Source of the DNA: Clostridia bacterium | GTDB lineage: Bacteria; Bacillota; Clostridia; Oscillospirales; CAG-272 | Assembly (NCBI GenBank): GCA_017451545.1 | Contig: JAFTOB010000160.1 | Location: 1-64,000, forward strand | DNA length: 64,000 nt | Direction: 5' to 3' | Shown: positions 37,395-48,800 of the stretch, one piece after another | Layout of the letters: the number at the start of each line of letters is the position of its first letter | Position numbering within the stretch: the stretch's first letter is position 1 | Made by a program: the position numbers and the translations under genes | The notes under the pieces: model-generated | What the model was told of the DNA's origin: nothing | Database searches by the model: none | What the model saw: the letters and a program-made list of their open reading frames with translations, nothing else

Positions 37395-37430
37395 ACGCAA
37401 GCTCCCCGACGCTGTCGGGGAGCTTGTGTT
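37395..37430. terminator. Bidirectional terminator (agctccccgac-gctg-tcggggagct plus a T-run)
   Basis: Lies immediately 3' of the convergent 37431..39218 ORF. Confidence 0.6.
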
Positions 37431-39218
37431 TTAAAAGATATCGTCTATTGCGTCGTCGGAGTCGACGGCGGTGAGGGTCACTTTAAGCGAATAGGTTCCG
37501 GCATTGGAAAGGCTTGAGGTATCAAGCTTTACCGTGTAGGCCACGTTCTCGTGGAGTGTGACCTCGCCCGTACCAACTTCGCTTCCGTCCGCTCTGTAGA
37601 CGGTTGCGGGGGTGTCTCCCTCAAACTTATAATCGCCTGCTACGTCAACCGTCAGCGTGTAGCTAATATAACCGGGGGTGATATCGATACTTCTGACGAT
37701 GATGCTGTTGTCGCCGACAGTCAGGACTCTCTCGATAGCTTTGACAGAGATCTTGAGAGAATAGCTGCCCTGCGCGATGATGCCGCTGAGCTTGACGGTG
37801 TACGTGCCCGCCGCCAGATCGAGCTCGCCGCTGCCGAGATTCTTGCCTGCGGCATCGTAAACAGCCAAGTTAAAGTTTGCACCGTTGAAGACATACGTAT
37901 CCGGAGTATCGACCTTGAAGATATATGAAATGGTTCCCGCAGTGACGTCAATGCTTCTGACGGTGATCGTATTAATGCCAACGTTTAACGTTCTGTTCAT
38001 CTTCTTTACCGAAATGCTCAGCGGATAGCTGCCGGCCTTGGTGATACCGCTGACTTTAACGGTATAAGTTCCCGCCTCAAGGTCGAGCTCGCCGTTTCCG
38101 AGGCTATTACCCAATGCGTCGTAAACAGCGACCGTAAGTCCTGTGCAGGAGAAGATATAGGTCTCGGCGGTGGTTGCCTTGAAGGTGTAAGACAGGGTGC
38201 CGGGAGTCACGTCAATGCTACGGACAAGGATGCTGTTGGAGCCGACCTTCAGGGTTCTGTCGATCTTCTTTACCGAAATGCTGAAGGGATATTCCCCTGC
38301 CTCGGTGATGCCGCTGACCTTGACGGTGTAAGTTCCCGCGGGAAGGTCGAGCTCGCCGCTGCCGAGGCTCTTGCCTGCGGCGTCATACACGAAAAGGTTC
38401 AGACCCGTGCAGGCAAAGACGTAGGTCTCCGCGGTGTCGGCCTTAAAGGTGTAGGTCAGAACGCCGGGTGCGACAACGTCGATCTCGCGGACCTTAACTG
38501 TATTAGAGCCGACCTTCAGGGTTCTGTCCATTTCCTTTACCGAAATATTCAGAGTATAGTTCCCTGCCTCGGTAACGTTTCCGAGGATAACGGTGTAAGT
38601 ACCGGCAGGGAGGTCGAGCTCGCCGCTGCCGAGGGCGTTACCGTCGGTGTCATAGACAGCAACCGTCAGGCCGTCTGCGGTGAAAACATAGGTTTCCGCG
38701 GCGGTCGCGGTGAAGGCGCATTTCACGGTTCCGTTTTCGATGTCCTTGACTTCAACGGCAAGAGTATTCTCGCCGACGGTGGCGGTGAAGACGGTCTGCT
38801 TTTCGGACGAAAGCCCGATCCAGATATCGTAAGTACCCGCGACAACTCCGTCGTTTATATCCAGCCTTACGGTATAAATACCGTTAGCAAGATCCATGAC
38901 GTTGCGTCCCTCAAGGGAGCCATCCGAGTTGTAAACGCTTGCGTTGAAGTAATTGCTGAAGAAGGTATACTCGCCTGCGGCGGTTACGGTGAACTGGAAT
39001 TCAACACTTCCGCCTGCGATATTTTCATCGGTCAGGGTAATATCATTGTAGCCGCCCTCAAGGCTCGGAAGCTCGGGAAGCTCCTCGGGAGGGGTATCCG
39101 AGACCTTTGTCAGCACGTACTCGGTTCCCGCGTGAATGAAAACGTCTGCGTTTCCGTTTTCATCGAGAACCAGAACGGCATCGGAGACATAAGTCGCGAC
39201 TCCGTTTATATATATCAC
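37431..39218 (-). pseudogene. C-terminal portion (595 aa) of the giant Ig-like-repeat lipoprotein, separated from 39446..44005 by a frame change
   Basis: Six tandem 90-aa repeats of about 90 aa each, of the same type as in the upstream giant ORF. There is no signal peptide. The GTG start has no RBS. The reading frame stays open upstream to 39497 and encodes protein-like sequence, overlapping the end of the upstream ORF. Confidence 0.5.
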
Positions 39219-39445
39219 CTTTTCTTCGATCTTTTGACCGTCCCTATAAAAAACAACTTTCCCATCGACTATCTCGTACTCAAATTTGCCTATTCTGCCG
39301 TTAGAATCCTCGACAGTGAGCTTGTTCTCGTATATGATGACCTCTACGCTCGTATTAAAATAGCTATTGGTTCCGTTATATTTGCCGATGAGGGAAGGTG
39401 TCTGTGATGGGGGGAGAGGATTATCGGGGTTATCCTCTCCCCCAC

Positions 39446-42400
39446 CTATTCCCCCTCCTGATCCCCGTCTCCTTCGGTAACGGTATATTCGGTACCGTTA
39501 TCGGTAAGGCCGACGAGCTTGCCGTCGGTGACGGTAAGGCCCATACCGGACATTGCGTTGCCTTCATCGTCAACTATGGTTGCAACACCGTCGATAAAGG
39601 TATATGCGTAGGAGTTGGTCATGGGGTCGCCGGTCAGGTGGTGAATAAAAGAAATCGTAACAGTAGTATCGTCGACGACAACGTTCTTCGTATTTCCACC
39701 GGAATCGGTGGCAACGTACGTGCCGGTGATGTCGATATTGGGGAGCTCGGGCTCGTCGCCACCGACGGTAACGACCCAGCCGTCCTCGCCAACCTCAAAC
39801 TTGACGGCGGTGATGACGGGGGCGTTTCCGGTTGCCTCCTCATGCTCCATAGCGGTGAGGTTGAGGATCAACGTACCGTTATTGTTATCCGTAACTGTAT
39901 AGGTGTAGTATGCCTTGCAAATAACGTTCCACTCTTCGTCCATCTCGATATAGCACACGTAATAGACATTCGTGAGCATATCCCGGGAAACTTCGATCGT
40001 AATACCGTTATCAAGCATATTGTAGGAATCAAGGATCCTTCCCCACTCTGCCTCGGTGAGTGCGCCTGCCTCAAAGGTCAAGGTAGCCTCAACGGTGGCG
40101 GGAGTCTCGGAGTAGAAATATACGATATAGGTTTTTCCTGCAACAACGGGAGCGGTTACCGTGGTCTCGCCCTCGGACAGCTCTACCTCTGCAAGAGTGA
40201 CAATAACGGTTCCGTTAACGGTGAGGGTCACGTGACCGGTCTCGGTTGCGGTGAACTCATAGTAGTAAGCGGACCAATCGGATGGGAGATTGGGCTTCAA
40301 GGTTGCGGGGAAGCTTTCGATCTTATCGGGATTATCGTAGGATCCTGCGGGAGCTGCAAACTCAACGGTAATGCTGTAATCACCTGCGGTTGCTGCACTT
40401 ACGGTTACGGTATAGGTGGTATAGCCGTCAAGAAGAGCGCCGTTCTCAACGGTATTTCCATCGGCGTCGGTGATAACAAAGGTCAGACCCTCGCCCTTGA
40501 CGGTGTAGTATCCCCTGTCATAAGTGAAAAGGAATACAACGGTAGATCCGTCGACCTTAACGTCTATGCTTCCGTAATTATCAAGGATCACAGGAGCGCC
40601 CACGGTGAGGGTGTACTCGCCTGCGGTCTCTGCGGTAACGGTTATCTTGTACTGAAGATAGGACTCGAGAGTGTACTCGCCGCCTGCGGGCTCGACAACG
40701 TTGCCTTCGCCGTCAGTGACAACGACGGTCAGGCCTGTACCGGTGAAGGTATACTTGCCGTTATTGTAGGGGGTGTATACGCAATCAATACCCTCTGCGG
40801 GTACGGTAACGGTATTCTCACCATCCTCAAGCACAACGGGTCTTTCGGCAGAGACGTTGACGACGTAGTCGCCTGCGGTCTCAGCACCGATAACCACGGT
40901 GTAAGAGCCCATATATGCGGCTTCAAGGTCAACGGTAACAGCACCGAAGCCCTGAACCATAGGCATACCCCAAGTGTCATAGATCGCAATGGATGCACCG
41001 TTTGCGGTGAAGGTGTAATTTGCGTTCTCGTAAACGTTGAGGTAGGTGGTTGTACCGTTTACGGTATCGGAAACGGTAATAGTATTCTCCCCTTCCTCGA
41101 GGTAAATGTCCTCGGGGATCTCGGGATCGTCGGGATCGTCGGGCTGATCGGATACACCCATAATGACGTAGGTGACCGTCCAGCTTCCCTTTGTTGCCGC
41201 GCTGATATGGAACTTATAGATCTCCCCTGCAGTAAGCTCGACCGCAAAGGTTCCTCCGTTCGGATCGTTGTTGAAGTCAACGTAAGGCATTGAAGAAAAT
41301 TCGGTTTCATATTTTACCGCATCCCAAGCACCGAGGCCTGCAGGCACGGTGAAAATATATTTGCCCGTCACGGTTGCGCTGATCTCAATGTAGTCATCCC
41401 AAGTGTACGTCTCGGTGATAGTTCCGCTCACAGAGCCGTTGCCAATCTCTACAAGCTCCTCGTCCTCTTCTTCCTCGGTGACTCTGGTCATATTCTGAGC
41501 CATGGGCATACCCGAGCAGAGGAAGGTGGGCGTTACGCCGTCGAGAGCCAGGCTGATAATGATATTGGCTTCACTTCCGTCGGCCTTAAGAACGGTAATG
41601 CCGCCCATAAGAGTTCCTGTGTAAGTATAGCTTCCGCTGTATGCTCCGTTATTATTGTCAACTATGGTGAGAGCACCGTTGTTAAACTCAAGAACGAACA
41701 TACCCGACAGAACGTTCCACTTACCGTTGAGCGCGGTCTCGATCTCGGGCTCCTCATCCTCGCCGCCGCTCTGGAGCGTGAGGGTATACTTGTTGCCGTT
41801 GTAATAGAAGAGCGAGGGATTGCCGTCTGCGCCAAGCTCAAGCTTTCCAAAGTACTGAGCCATGGGACCGTTGGGATCAATGGGGCCGTTGGCGTTGCTG
41901 AGAGTCACGACACCGTTATTGACGGTGAAGGTGTATTCGAATGCATACGTGCTGAATTTGAAAAGGACCGTTCCTGCAGCGGGGTTATATTCCAGCGTTC
42001 CGCTGTTTGCAGGGGAGCTTGCTGCGTAAATGTACGAGCCGTCGTCCTCCTTCATATCAGCGGCGGTAAAGGTGATCTCTGCGGGCTCGGTTCCGTTGTA
42101 TACAACGGTGAAGCCGTTTCCGTTTACAGAATAGTTATTCGCAGTGGTTCCGGAAACGTACACCTGTCCCTCGGGATCGGTGACGGTGACACCGTCGACA
42201 GTCCAGGTAATAGCGTAAGTGCAGATGCTTGCGGCACCGCTGGTTCCGAATCCGCTGAGGTGCACTGTGTACTCCTTGCCGGGCTTGAGAGTCACGGTGT
42301 TCTCACCGGGCTTGAAGGTAAGCTCGTAGGATACGGCTTTATAATCGACGCGAACGTTTCCGTCCTTGTCGGCCTTGAGGAGGAAGGCGCACTGGGAGTT

Positions 42401-44005
42401 TGCCTCAACGTAGACCTCCTGAACGGTTGCCCAAGTCTTGCCGCCGTCCACGCTGATCTGCACGCCGTTACCGACGGATATCTCGTAGAAGCTGCCGTTC
42501 TCGGAATTGTTGACAAAGTAGTTGGTGGCACCCGTGGTACTTGCATATCCCGCGTTGCCGCCGAGAGTCTCGTCGTAAAATATCTCCTTGCCGATATTTA
42601 CGACCTTGAGAGTATCCTGCAGGTCGGTCTCAGCGGATGCGCTGGTTCTGACGAAGAACAGGAAGGTCTCGTTTGCCTCAAGAGAGATCATATAGCTGTG
42701 ACCCTGGGGCATCATAAAGGTGTCTTCCCAAGTGCAGATGTTGGAATTCTCGTTTGCAAATTCAAAGAGATAATCGCTGTCCGCAGGAGCGGTGAAGCTG
42801 TATGCGGTATATTTGTTCATATCCACTGTCATTGCCGTGTCGCCGAGATTTACGACTATTCCCTCAAGGGGTTTGATGCTCCAATCGAAGTCAAAGGCTC
42901 CGACCGTAATATCGAGCAGCTTGATCTGAAGAGTGATCTCCTGATTGTCCTCGGTTGCGGTGATGTAGTGGGAGTTCTTAAGTGCATCGTCGATGGTGAT
43001 GTACTCGACTGAGGTGTAGAACTCGTAAAGGCCCTTGGTGGGCAGAGTAAACTTAACGTTTACCACGGTGTTCGAGGGGAACAGATAGCTTCCCTCGGTC
43101 TCGGTAAGCTCAACGGTGTCCTCGATCTTTACTACGTAGTAGAAATATCTGACGGTGGGATCCTCATCGTTGATAAGATCCTCGCTCATGGGGAAGATAC
43201 GGCTCTTGACGGTATACTCACCGGCCTTGTCAACCTCAAATACGTATTCCTTAGCAAAGCTTCCGCCCTCTACGTTGGGACCAAAGTTGATGTCCTCGTG
43301 ATCCGACGAGAAAACAAGGTACTTTCCGGCAGAAGGCAGATCGAGGGTAAGCGTGCCGTAGTAGTACTTCCACGTGGCGTACACGCCGCCGATCTCGCCC
43401 TCCTCATCCTCGAGGATGACCTCGGCATAAGCAACACGGGTGGCCTCAACGGTAACCTCGGTATCGGCAGAAATTTTCGACACGGTGAAGCTCCAGACAA
43501 ACTCGATGCCATCCTCCTCGGGCTCGCCGTCCTGCTCTGCCCCGTTTGCGGTGAGAGCAAATGCGGGTGAACCTGTAACGGTAAAGGTAACGTCCTCTCC
43601 GGGCTTTGCGGTCAGAGTACCTTCAACGGTAAAGCCCTCGGGAGCGGTGACTGTGACCTTGTAGGTCATTCTGTACTCGCAGGTATCGCAAAGTCCGTTG
43701 GCATCGTTATCCGCATGGGGTGCGAGGTCGGAGGTCTGCTCCTTGTGCTCGCAGCTCGCGGCGTGCCAGTGATTATTTTCATCCGTTGTCCAATTATTCT
43801 CAAAAGTATGGGTGTGATCGGGGTCGATGGGTGTTGTCGTTTCGTCCCCGCCGGGTATTGTGGTGGTGTCACCGCCCGGAGTGGTAGTGGTTGAATCGGG
43901 TGCCTTCGTTGTGGAGTCACCTTCTGCCGATCCGTCTCCGCCACAGCCTACCATAAGCAGGGCTACGATAAGAAGCGCAACCAGCAAATAGAAACTTTTC
44001 TTCAT
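39446..44005 (-). CDS. Giant surface lipoprotein (1519 aa) with many tandem beta-sandwich (Ig-like) repeat domains
   Basis: Lipobox LMVGC, a Thr/Pro-rich linker, a His/Cys-rich segment, then repeated roughly 90-100-aa units with motifs like TAGEYTLTV and AGDYVVNV. Confidence 0.8.
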   Translation of the reverse strand: MKKSFYLLVALLIVALLMVGCGGDGSAEGDSTTKAPDSTTTTPGGDTTTIPGGDETTTPIDPDHTHTFENNWTTDENNHWHAASCEHKEQTSDLAPHADNDANGLCDTCEYRMTYKVTVTAPEGFTVEGTLTAKPGEDVTFTVTGSPAFALTANGAEQDGEPEEDGIEFVWSFTVSKISADTEVTVEATRVAYAEVILEDEEGEIGGVYATWKYYYGTLTLDLPSAGKYLVFSSDHEDINFGPNVEGGSFAKEYVFEVDKAGEYTVKSRIFPMSEDLINDEDPTVRYFYYVVKIEDTVELTETEGSYLFPSNTVVNVKFTLPTKGLYEFYTSVEYITIDDALKNSHYITATEDNQEITLQIKLLDITVGAFDFDWSIKPLEGIVVNLGDTAMTVDMNKYTAYSFTAPADSDYLFEFANENSNICTWEDTFMMPQGHSYMISLEANETFLFFVRTSASAETDLQDTLKVVNIGKEIFYDETLGGNAGYASTTGATNYFVNNSENGSFYEISVGNGVQISVDGGKTWATVQEVYVEANSQCAFLLKADKDGNVRVDYKAVSYELTFKPGENTVTLKPGKEYTVHLSGFGTSGAASICTYAITWTVDGVTVTDPEGQVYVSGTTANNYSVNGNGFTVVYNGTEPAEITFTAADMKEDDGSYIYAASSPANSGTLEYNPAAGTVLFKFSTYAFEYTFTVNNGVVTLSNANGPIDPNGPMAQYFGKLELGADGNPSLFYYNGNKYTLTLQSGGEDEEPEIETALNGKWNVLSGMFVLEFNNGALTIVDNNNGAYSGSYTYTGTLMGGITVLKADGSEANIIISLALDGVTPTFLCSGMPMAQNMTRVTEEEEDEELVEIGNGSVSGTITETYTWDDYIEISATVTGKYIFTVPAGLGAWDAVKYETEFSSMPYVDFNNDPNGGTFAVELTAGEIYKFHISAATKGSWTVTYVIMGVSDQPDDPDDPEIPEDIYLEEGENTITVSDTVNGTTTYLNVYENANYTFTANGASIAIYDTWGMPMVQGFGAVTVDLEAAYMGSYTVVIGAETAGDYVVNVSAERPVVLEDGENTVTVPAEGIDCVYTPYNNGKYTFTGTGLTVVVTDGEGNVVEPAGGEYTLESYLQYKITVTAETAGEYTLTVGAPVILDNYGSIDVKVDGSTVVFLFTYDRGYYTVKGEGLTFVITDADGNTVENGALLDGYTTYTVTVSAATAGDYSITVEFAAPAGSYDNPDKIESFPATLKPNLPSDWSAYYYEFTATETGHVTLTVNGTVIVTLAEVELSEGETTVTAPVVAGKTYIVYFYSETPATVEATLTFEAGALTEAEWGRILDSYNMLDNGITIEVSRDMLTNVYYVCYIEMDEEWNVICKAYYTYTVTDNNNGTLILNLTAMEHEEATGNAPVITAVKFEVGEDGWVVTVGGDEPELPNIDITGTYVATDSGGNTKNVVVDDTTVTISFIHHLTGDPMTNSYAYTFIDGVATIVDDEGNAMSGMGLTVTDGKLVGLTDNGTEYTVTEGDGDQEGE

Positions 44006-44042
44006 AAAAGTCTCCTCCTTGAAAGATTATGAACCTAAAAGA

Positions 44043-45800
44043 TCATTCAGTGTAATATGCGCAGGCGAACAGCCACTGATCGTCCTGCATTGCGTCGACG
44101 TCGATAACGTCGTTCTCCTCGACCCAGCCCGCGCCGTCATTGAAATAGCGCTGTGCCTCGCTGAGTCTTTGCAAAAAGACGCGAAGCTCCTCGGTCAGAG
44201 GAAAATATCCGTCCCGATTGGCGAAATCGGCATAGCCGGGACCGCCGATAAGCTCCTTGCGGCAGGGCGTACAATCGCTGATACAGCCCTCGCAATCGGG
44301 TGGGCAGGCCAGACCGTATTTCCCGCCGCCGTGGCAGGGGCATTTATAGCTACAATAATACGGAGGCATATCTACGCTTCCGCTCCAGGTAGCAAGATCG
44401 TCGTAGCCCTCTAGGAAATGCTTGTAATTGTGGTCAAGGTATTCCCCGTTCTCCTCCACGCGGATGGTCAGGCTCTTATTGCCCGGATCCTCGATATGGG
44501 TCAGAGAAAGCTGCAGGAATCTGCAGGGAGTGGTAATGGCGGCGTAGACCGTGGGGCCGTAGCCGTCGGTTTCCGCGTATTTTTCCTCATCGTAGAGATG
44601 ATAGAAGCCGTCCTCGGGGTTCAGCTTGAACATTGAGCCGTCAAATATGTTCTTTCCTCCCACGCGGATCTCGGGGTAGGTCAGCCTTCCCTCTTCGTTG
44701 TAAAGATTTTTCAGATACAGGCGTATATGATAGTATTCGTCTTCGCCCATGACCTTGAAAAGTCTCTCGTTGGGGTTTGTGGGATCCTCGTTTTCGTAAT
44801 TTTTCAGATTCTCGTAAGTTGTCCGAAGCGGGGGATCGTTCGGTGCCGCGTAGCGGGAAAGTGCGGCCGAGTAATCCTCCCAGCTCATTGCAAGCAGCTT
44901 ATCGAGCTCTCGGTTTATTGTAGCATAAAGCTCGGTGGGGATCTCCATTGCCTTTTCGGTTCGCGGTCTGACGTACGAGCCGTTTCTCGAAATGGCAAAA
45001 TCCACATTGACGGGAGAAAACTCCGTCGCTTTGGTCTCGACGTGGACGGCGAAGGTATAAACGTTTCCGATCATATCGGCGTCGACGTTGATCTCGTAAC
45101 GGAAATTCTTCGTGTAGCCCTTGCTTGCGCCGCCGTCATCCAGCGTGCGGTCGAAGAACTTGCTTGCGAAGGTTCCGTTGTAAAGATCGGCCTTGGGATT
45201 GATCTCGCCTGCGGTGATATCCACCCAGGATTCGACCACATAGGTTCCCTCCTCCGAGGGTACGAACTGATAATACACTACCGTATTAGCCTTTTTGATA
45301 TCGGCGCGGAAGACGCCGATGTCCTCAAGCTCAAAGCAACGGTAAAGCGATTTGCCCGTTCCCTTCGTGGGCTCGGTAATATCGTAAAGATCAATGACCA
45401 CGTTCCTCTCGTCGGCGGTGGCCACGTAGATATTGGGGTTATAGATCAGGCCGTCGGGCACCGAGGAGAGAGTTACGTCATAGTTTCCGTCAAGATCGCC
45501 GACGGTAGCTATTCCCTGCTCGTTGAACTCGGCGTTGTAGAAGCTGTATCCGTCTGTCCAATGGGCGAAGACCTTATCCTTAGGAATATATGGGTCGCCG
45601 TTATATCGGAGCGACACGGTGTAGGCGTTTTCGTCGGGCACGCTGTCACTCGGCGGGGTTGCCGTGGTGCTCTCATCGGGAGCGGTGGTACCGTTCGGCT
45701 GTTTTATCGCCTCTGTATACTCACCGCAGCCGATCATTGCGCAGACCAGAAGGAGCAAAACGGTGGAGACAAATATTTTTTTCATCTTTCGGTTTTTCAC
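44043..45800 (-). CDS. Lipoprotein of unknown function with a Cys-rich C-terminal region
   Basis: Lipobox MIGCG. CPCHGGGKYGLACPPDCEGCISDCTPC cluster. Confidence 0.7.
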   Translation of the reverse strand: MKNRKMKKIFVSTVLLLLVCAMIGCGEYTEAIKQPNGTTAPDESTTATPPSDSVPDENAYTVSLRYNGDPYIPKDKVFAHWTDGYSFYNAEFNEQGIATVGDLDGNYDVTLSSVPDGLIYNPNIYVATADERNVVIDLYDITEPTKGTGKSLYRCFELEDIGVFRADIKKANTVVYYQFVPSEEGTYVVESWVDITAGEINPKADLYNGTFASKFFDRTLDDGGASKGYTKNFRYEINVDADMIGNVYTFAVHVETKATEFSPVNVDFAISRNGSYVRPRTEKAMEIPTELYATINRELDKLLAMSWEDYSAALSRYAAPNDPPLRTTYENLKNYENEDPTNPNERLFKVMGEDEYYHIRLYLKNLYNEEGRLTYPEIRVGGKNIFDGSMFKLNPEDGFYHLYDEEKYAETDGYGPTVYAAITTPCRFLQLSLTHIEDPGNKSLTIRVEENGEYLDHNYKHFLEGYDDLATWSGSVDMPPYYCSYKCPCHGGGKYGLACPPDCEGCISDCTPCRKELIGGPGYADFANRDGYFPLTEELRVFLQRLSEAQRYFNDGAGWVEENDVIDVDAMQDDQWLFACAYYTE

Positions 45801-45815
45801 GCCGTTTTACCTCCT

Positions 45816-48800
45816 TTATGACGTTTTGGTTTTTACAAACAGGCTCTTTATATCGACCCATTTGAGTTTTCTTATGATAATATCGATGACGTAGAGTGCT
45901 ACGGCGATGATCAGAAGCGGGACCGTGTAGTTCACCTTATAGGTCGAGATCTCCTTTTCGTCGTTCTCTATCTTGGGGACGCCGTTCTCGGTGATGGTAC
46001 CGTTGCCTCTTATTGCCTGGTTGAGATCAGAGGCGCTGAAGGTTGCAAAGCTGTCATACTCGGGGGAGTAGGACACGTTGAAGTAGGTATCCGACACGTA
46101 TTCGTGATCATCGTAAGAATAAGTGAAGGTTATCTTATATTTACCGAGATCGGGAGTCGCAAATTCGTAGTAGTAACCCGTGGAGTTAAAGAGGAGCTGA
46201 TCGGCAATAGTTTCGCCGTTCGGCAGAGTGATCTCCATATGCATCGTGGCGTAAGGATTGAGAACTGCGGGGATCACCTCGATGAAGGAGGACTCACCGT
46301 CATACTCAACGCTGACAGAATAAGGATCGTTGATCTTCTCCGACGGAGTGTTGACCTCAAGCACGTTCTCGAGGAAGTCCTGACCCGTGCTGTCCACCCA
46401 ATCGCGGGCCCATTCGCCCGAGATCGAGCTTGTGAAGGTCGAAACCTTACCGTTTCCGTAGCTCCAATAGACGTATATGGGGGGCTTGGCCACGCCCTCG
46501 CCCGTTCTGGTGTACTCGGTGGTGAGAACGGTGGTGGCGCTCGCCTTGGCGCTTGAATAAACGTAACCGTAAAGGTCGGGAAGGCGTTTGATGCCCTCAA
46601 GCACGTCGTCATGCTCCTTGCTGATATTGACGGGCGACTTTTCTTCAATGACAGTTTCCTTGAGCTGATCCATCATATCTGCCGACATTTCATACTGTAC
46701 CCATGCGTTTTCGTCATCGGTGCTCAACACGTATGTTCCGACGGCGGGCGAGACGAACCAATATTCTATTCCGCCCTTATCGATATCCTCTTTGGATACG
46801 GTTATTTTATTGTCGCCGTATGCCAGATAATTCTTCGTGGGGTTTGTGGGATCGCCTGCCGAATCCACCTGCTCGTCACCGATATAGGTGATGCTAAGCT
46901 CGATCTCGTCGGCATCCCCGTTGAACGTGGAGATATAAAGCTTGAGGATCTTTCCCTTATAAAGCTCAAGATAAACACTCTCGCCGCCACGCAGACCTGC
47001 CATGGTGTTCATATCGGTGAGGTTGCCGTCCTCCTTGATCTCATAGAACTTTCCGTTACCGTACTTGGCTATGGATTTCATCATGGACAGTCCCTCGTCG
47101 GTATTATCCGCAGGGGGACAAGGGTAAATGGCCGAAGTGTTGATCCCCTCGGCGCTCATATCCTTGACGACGTCGATGGCGTTGGGGGTCTCCTCGCCAA
47201 AGGCGCGACCGTCGGAGATCAGATAGACCTCGCGGCTGTCGAAGGGCTGATCCTTCATAAGCTCTGCGGCCTGGAAAAGTGCCGAGCCGAGGAAGGTTCC
47301 CTGAGTTGGGCGAATGGCGTTGATTCGATCCTCGATCTCCTGTCTGTAATCCCCTACCCTTACGGGCTTGTAGACCACCTTGACGTCTCCGGAGAAGGAA
47401 ATGACCGAGACGTAATCGTCTGCGTTCAGCGTGCCGAGGAACTCCACCGCCGCTTTTTTCAGAGTTATAAGTCTGGATGCCTGATCCATACTGAGCGAGC
47501 TGTCAAGCACTATGGCGTAAAGCTTCTCCTTCTGATCCGAGTTGCCGAATTTTACGGGAAGCATATCCTCAAGCTGCTTCAGCACCTCGTCGGTCTTATT
47601 CTGGATCTTGAGATCTCCCACCGTTACAAGGCTCTTGCCGAAGAGCGAGACCACCTTATCCACGTTACCGATGAATGCGGTGTAGTTATCAAGCTCGCGG
47701 ACGTCCTGATTCGAGATAATGATCTCATCGTACTCGCAAAGCGCCTCGACGGTTACGGGCAGCTTATCGAGCAGGCTTTCTTCATCGTATTTTCCCTCGG
47801 GCAGCTTGACCTTGGGATCGCTGATAAATGCATCGATCTTGGCGTTTGCGCCGTAGATTCTGTGTATCGCATCAAGATCCGAGGCCAGCGGTGTCACCAA
47901 CAGAACGCTGATATCGCCCGAAACACTTTGAGTGAAGCTATAGCTGTTGTTGTGGGGAGACACGTCATCCTTCGAGCTGATCTTGATCTCGTAATCAAAA
48001 TCGCCCTCGTCCCCCGTTTCGAGCTCCACGTTGACCACGTTGTAGCCACGCGAGAGCTGAACCGCCTGAGTGGACACGTTGACCGAATTTCGGTAGACCG
48101 AAAGGATAGTCTGCGCGTCGTAGGTGCTCTGAAGAAGCACGTTTGCCGTGGTTTCGTGGTTGAGGTAGGTGGATTTAGTGAAGTCCACGCCTGTTATCTG
48201 CACCTCAAGATCGTCTTCCTTGAGGTTGTTGTCCAGATAAATGGTATCAATATAAATATTCTGTGCGCGGAGGTTTTCGATGGAGGCTATAAGCTCCTTC
48301 GTGTCCTCGCTGTTCGTCTGTTTTCCGTCGGTTATAAGAACGATCCTCTTTATAACGTTGTCCTTAAAAAGACCCGCAGCGTAATCGAGAGCGGGGGCGA
48401 TATGAGTGGCTCCGCTGTCGACCTTTGCGTTCTTAACACTCTCAAGCTCCTCGCCCATTTCGGTAACGAGCTCATAATCCGCGCCGAAGCAGATGAGACC
48501 CACCTTTGAGTTCATGGGAAGATTTTCCTTCACCAGGGCATCTATATATTGATCAACCGTATCGAGATTCCGATTTGCGGAATAGGACACGTCGGCCACG
48601 ATATAAACGTTGGTCTCGGTTATGACCGTGGTGACCACGGTTCCCGCCAGCGCGAAGACGATGGCAACGATTATGACGAAATGGAGTATAAAGGATGCGA
48701 TGACATGGCCGTTTCTGTTATCCTTTCTTATAGCGATAAGGAAAGGGATAAGAACCGCTAAAACGAGGGGTATTGCGACGAGAAACAGATAGGGATTATC

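Noticed and set aside
37079-37517. Several 88-112 aa ORFs on both strands across tRNA-Arg, the terminators and the 46-bp repeats
   Set aside because: They span a tRNA gene, two terminator hairpins and direct repeats. Their reading frames are repeat-driven.
39398-41293. 631-aa plus-strand ORF antisense to the giant lipoprotein gene; also 46611..48509 (632 aa) antisense to the VWA gene, 42260..43012, and 44727..45821
   Set aside because: Gly/Val-rich mirror translations of Thr/Gly-rich repeat-coding DNA. No starts with an RBS. The sense-strand genes have strong domain evidence.
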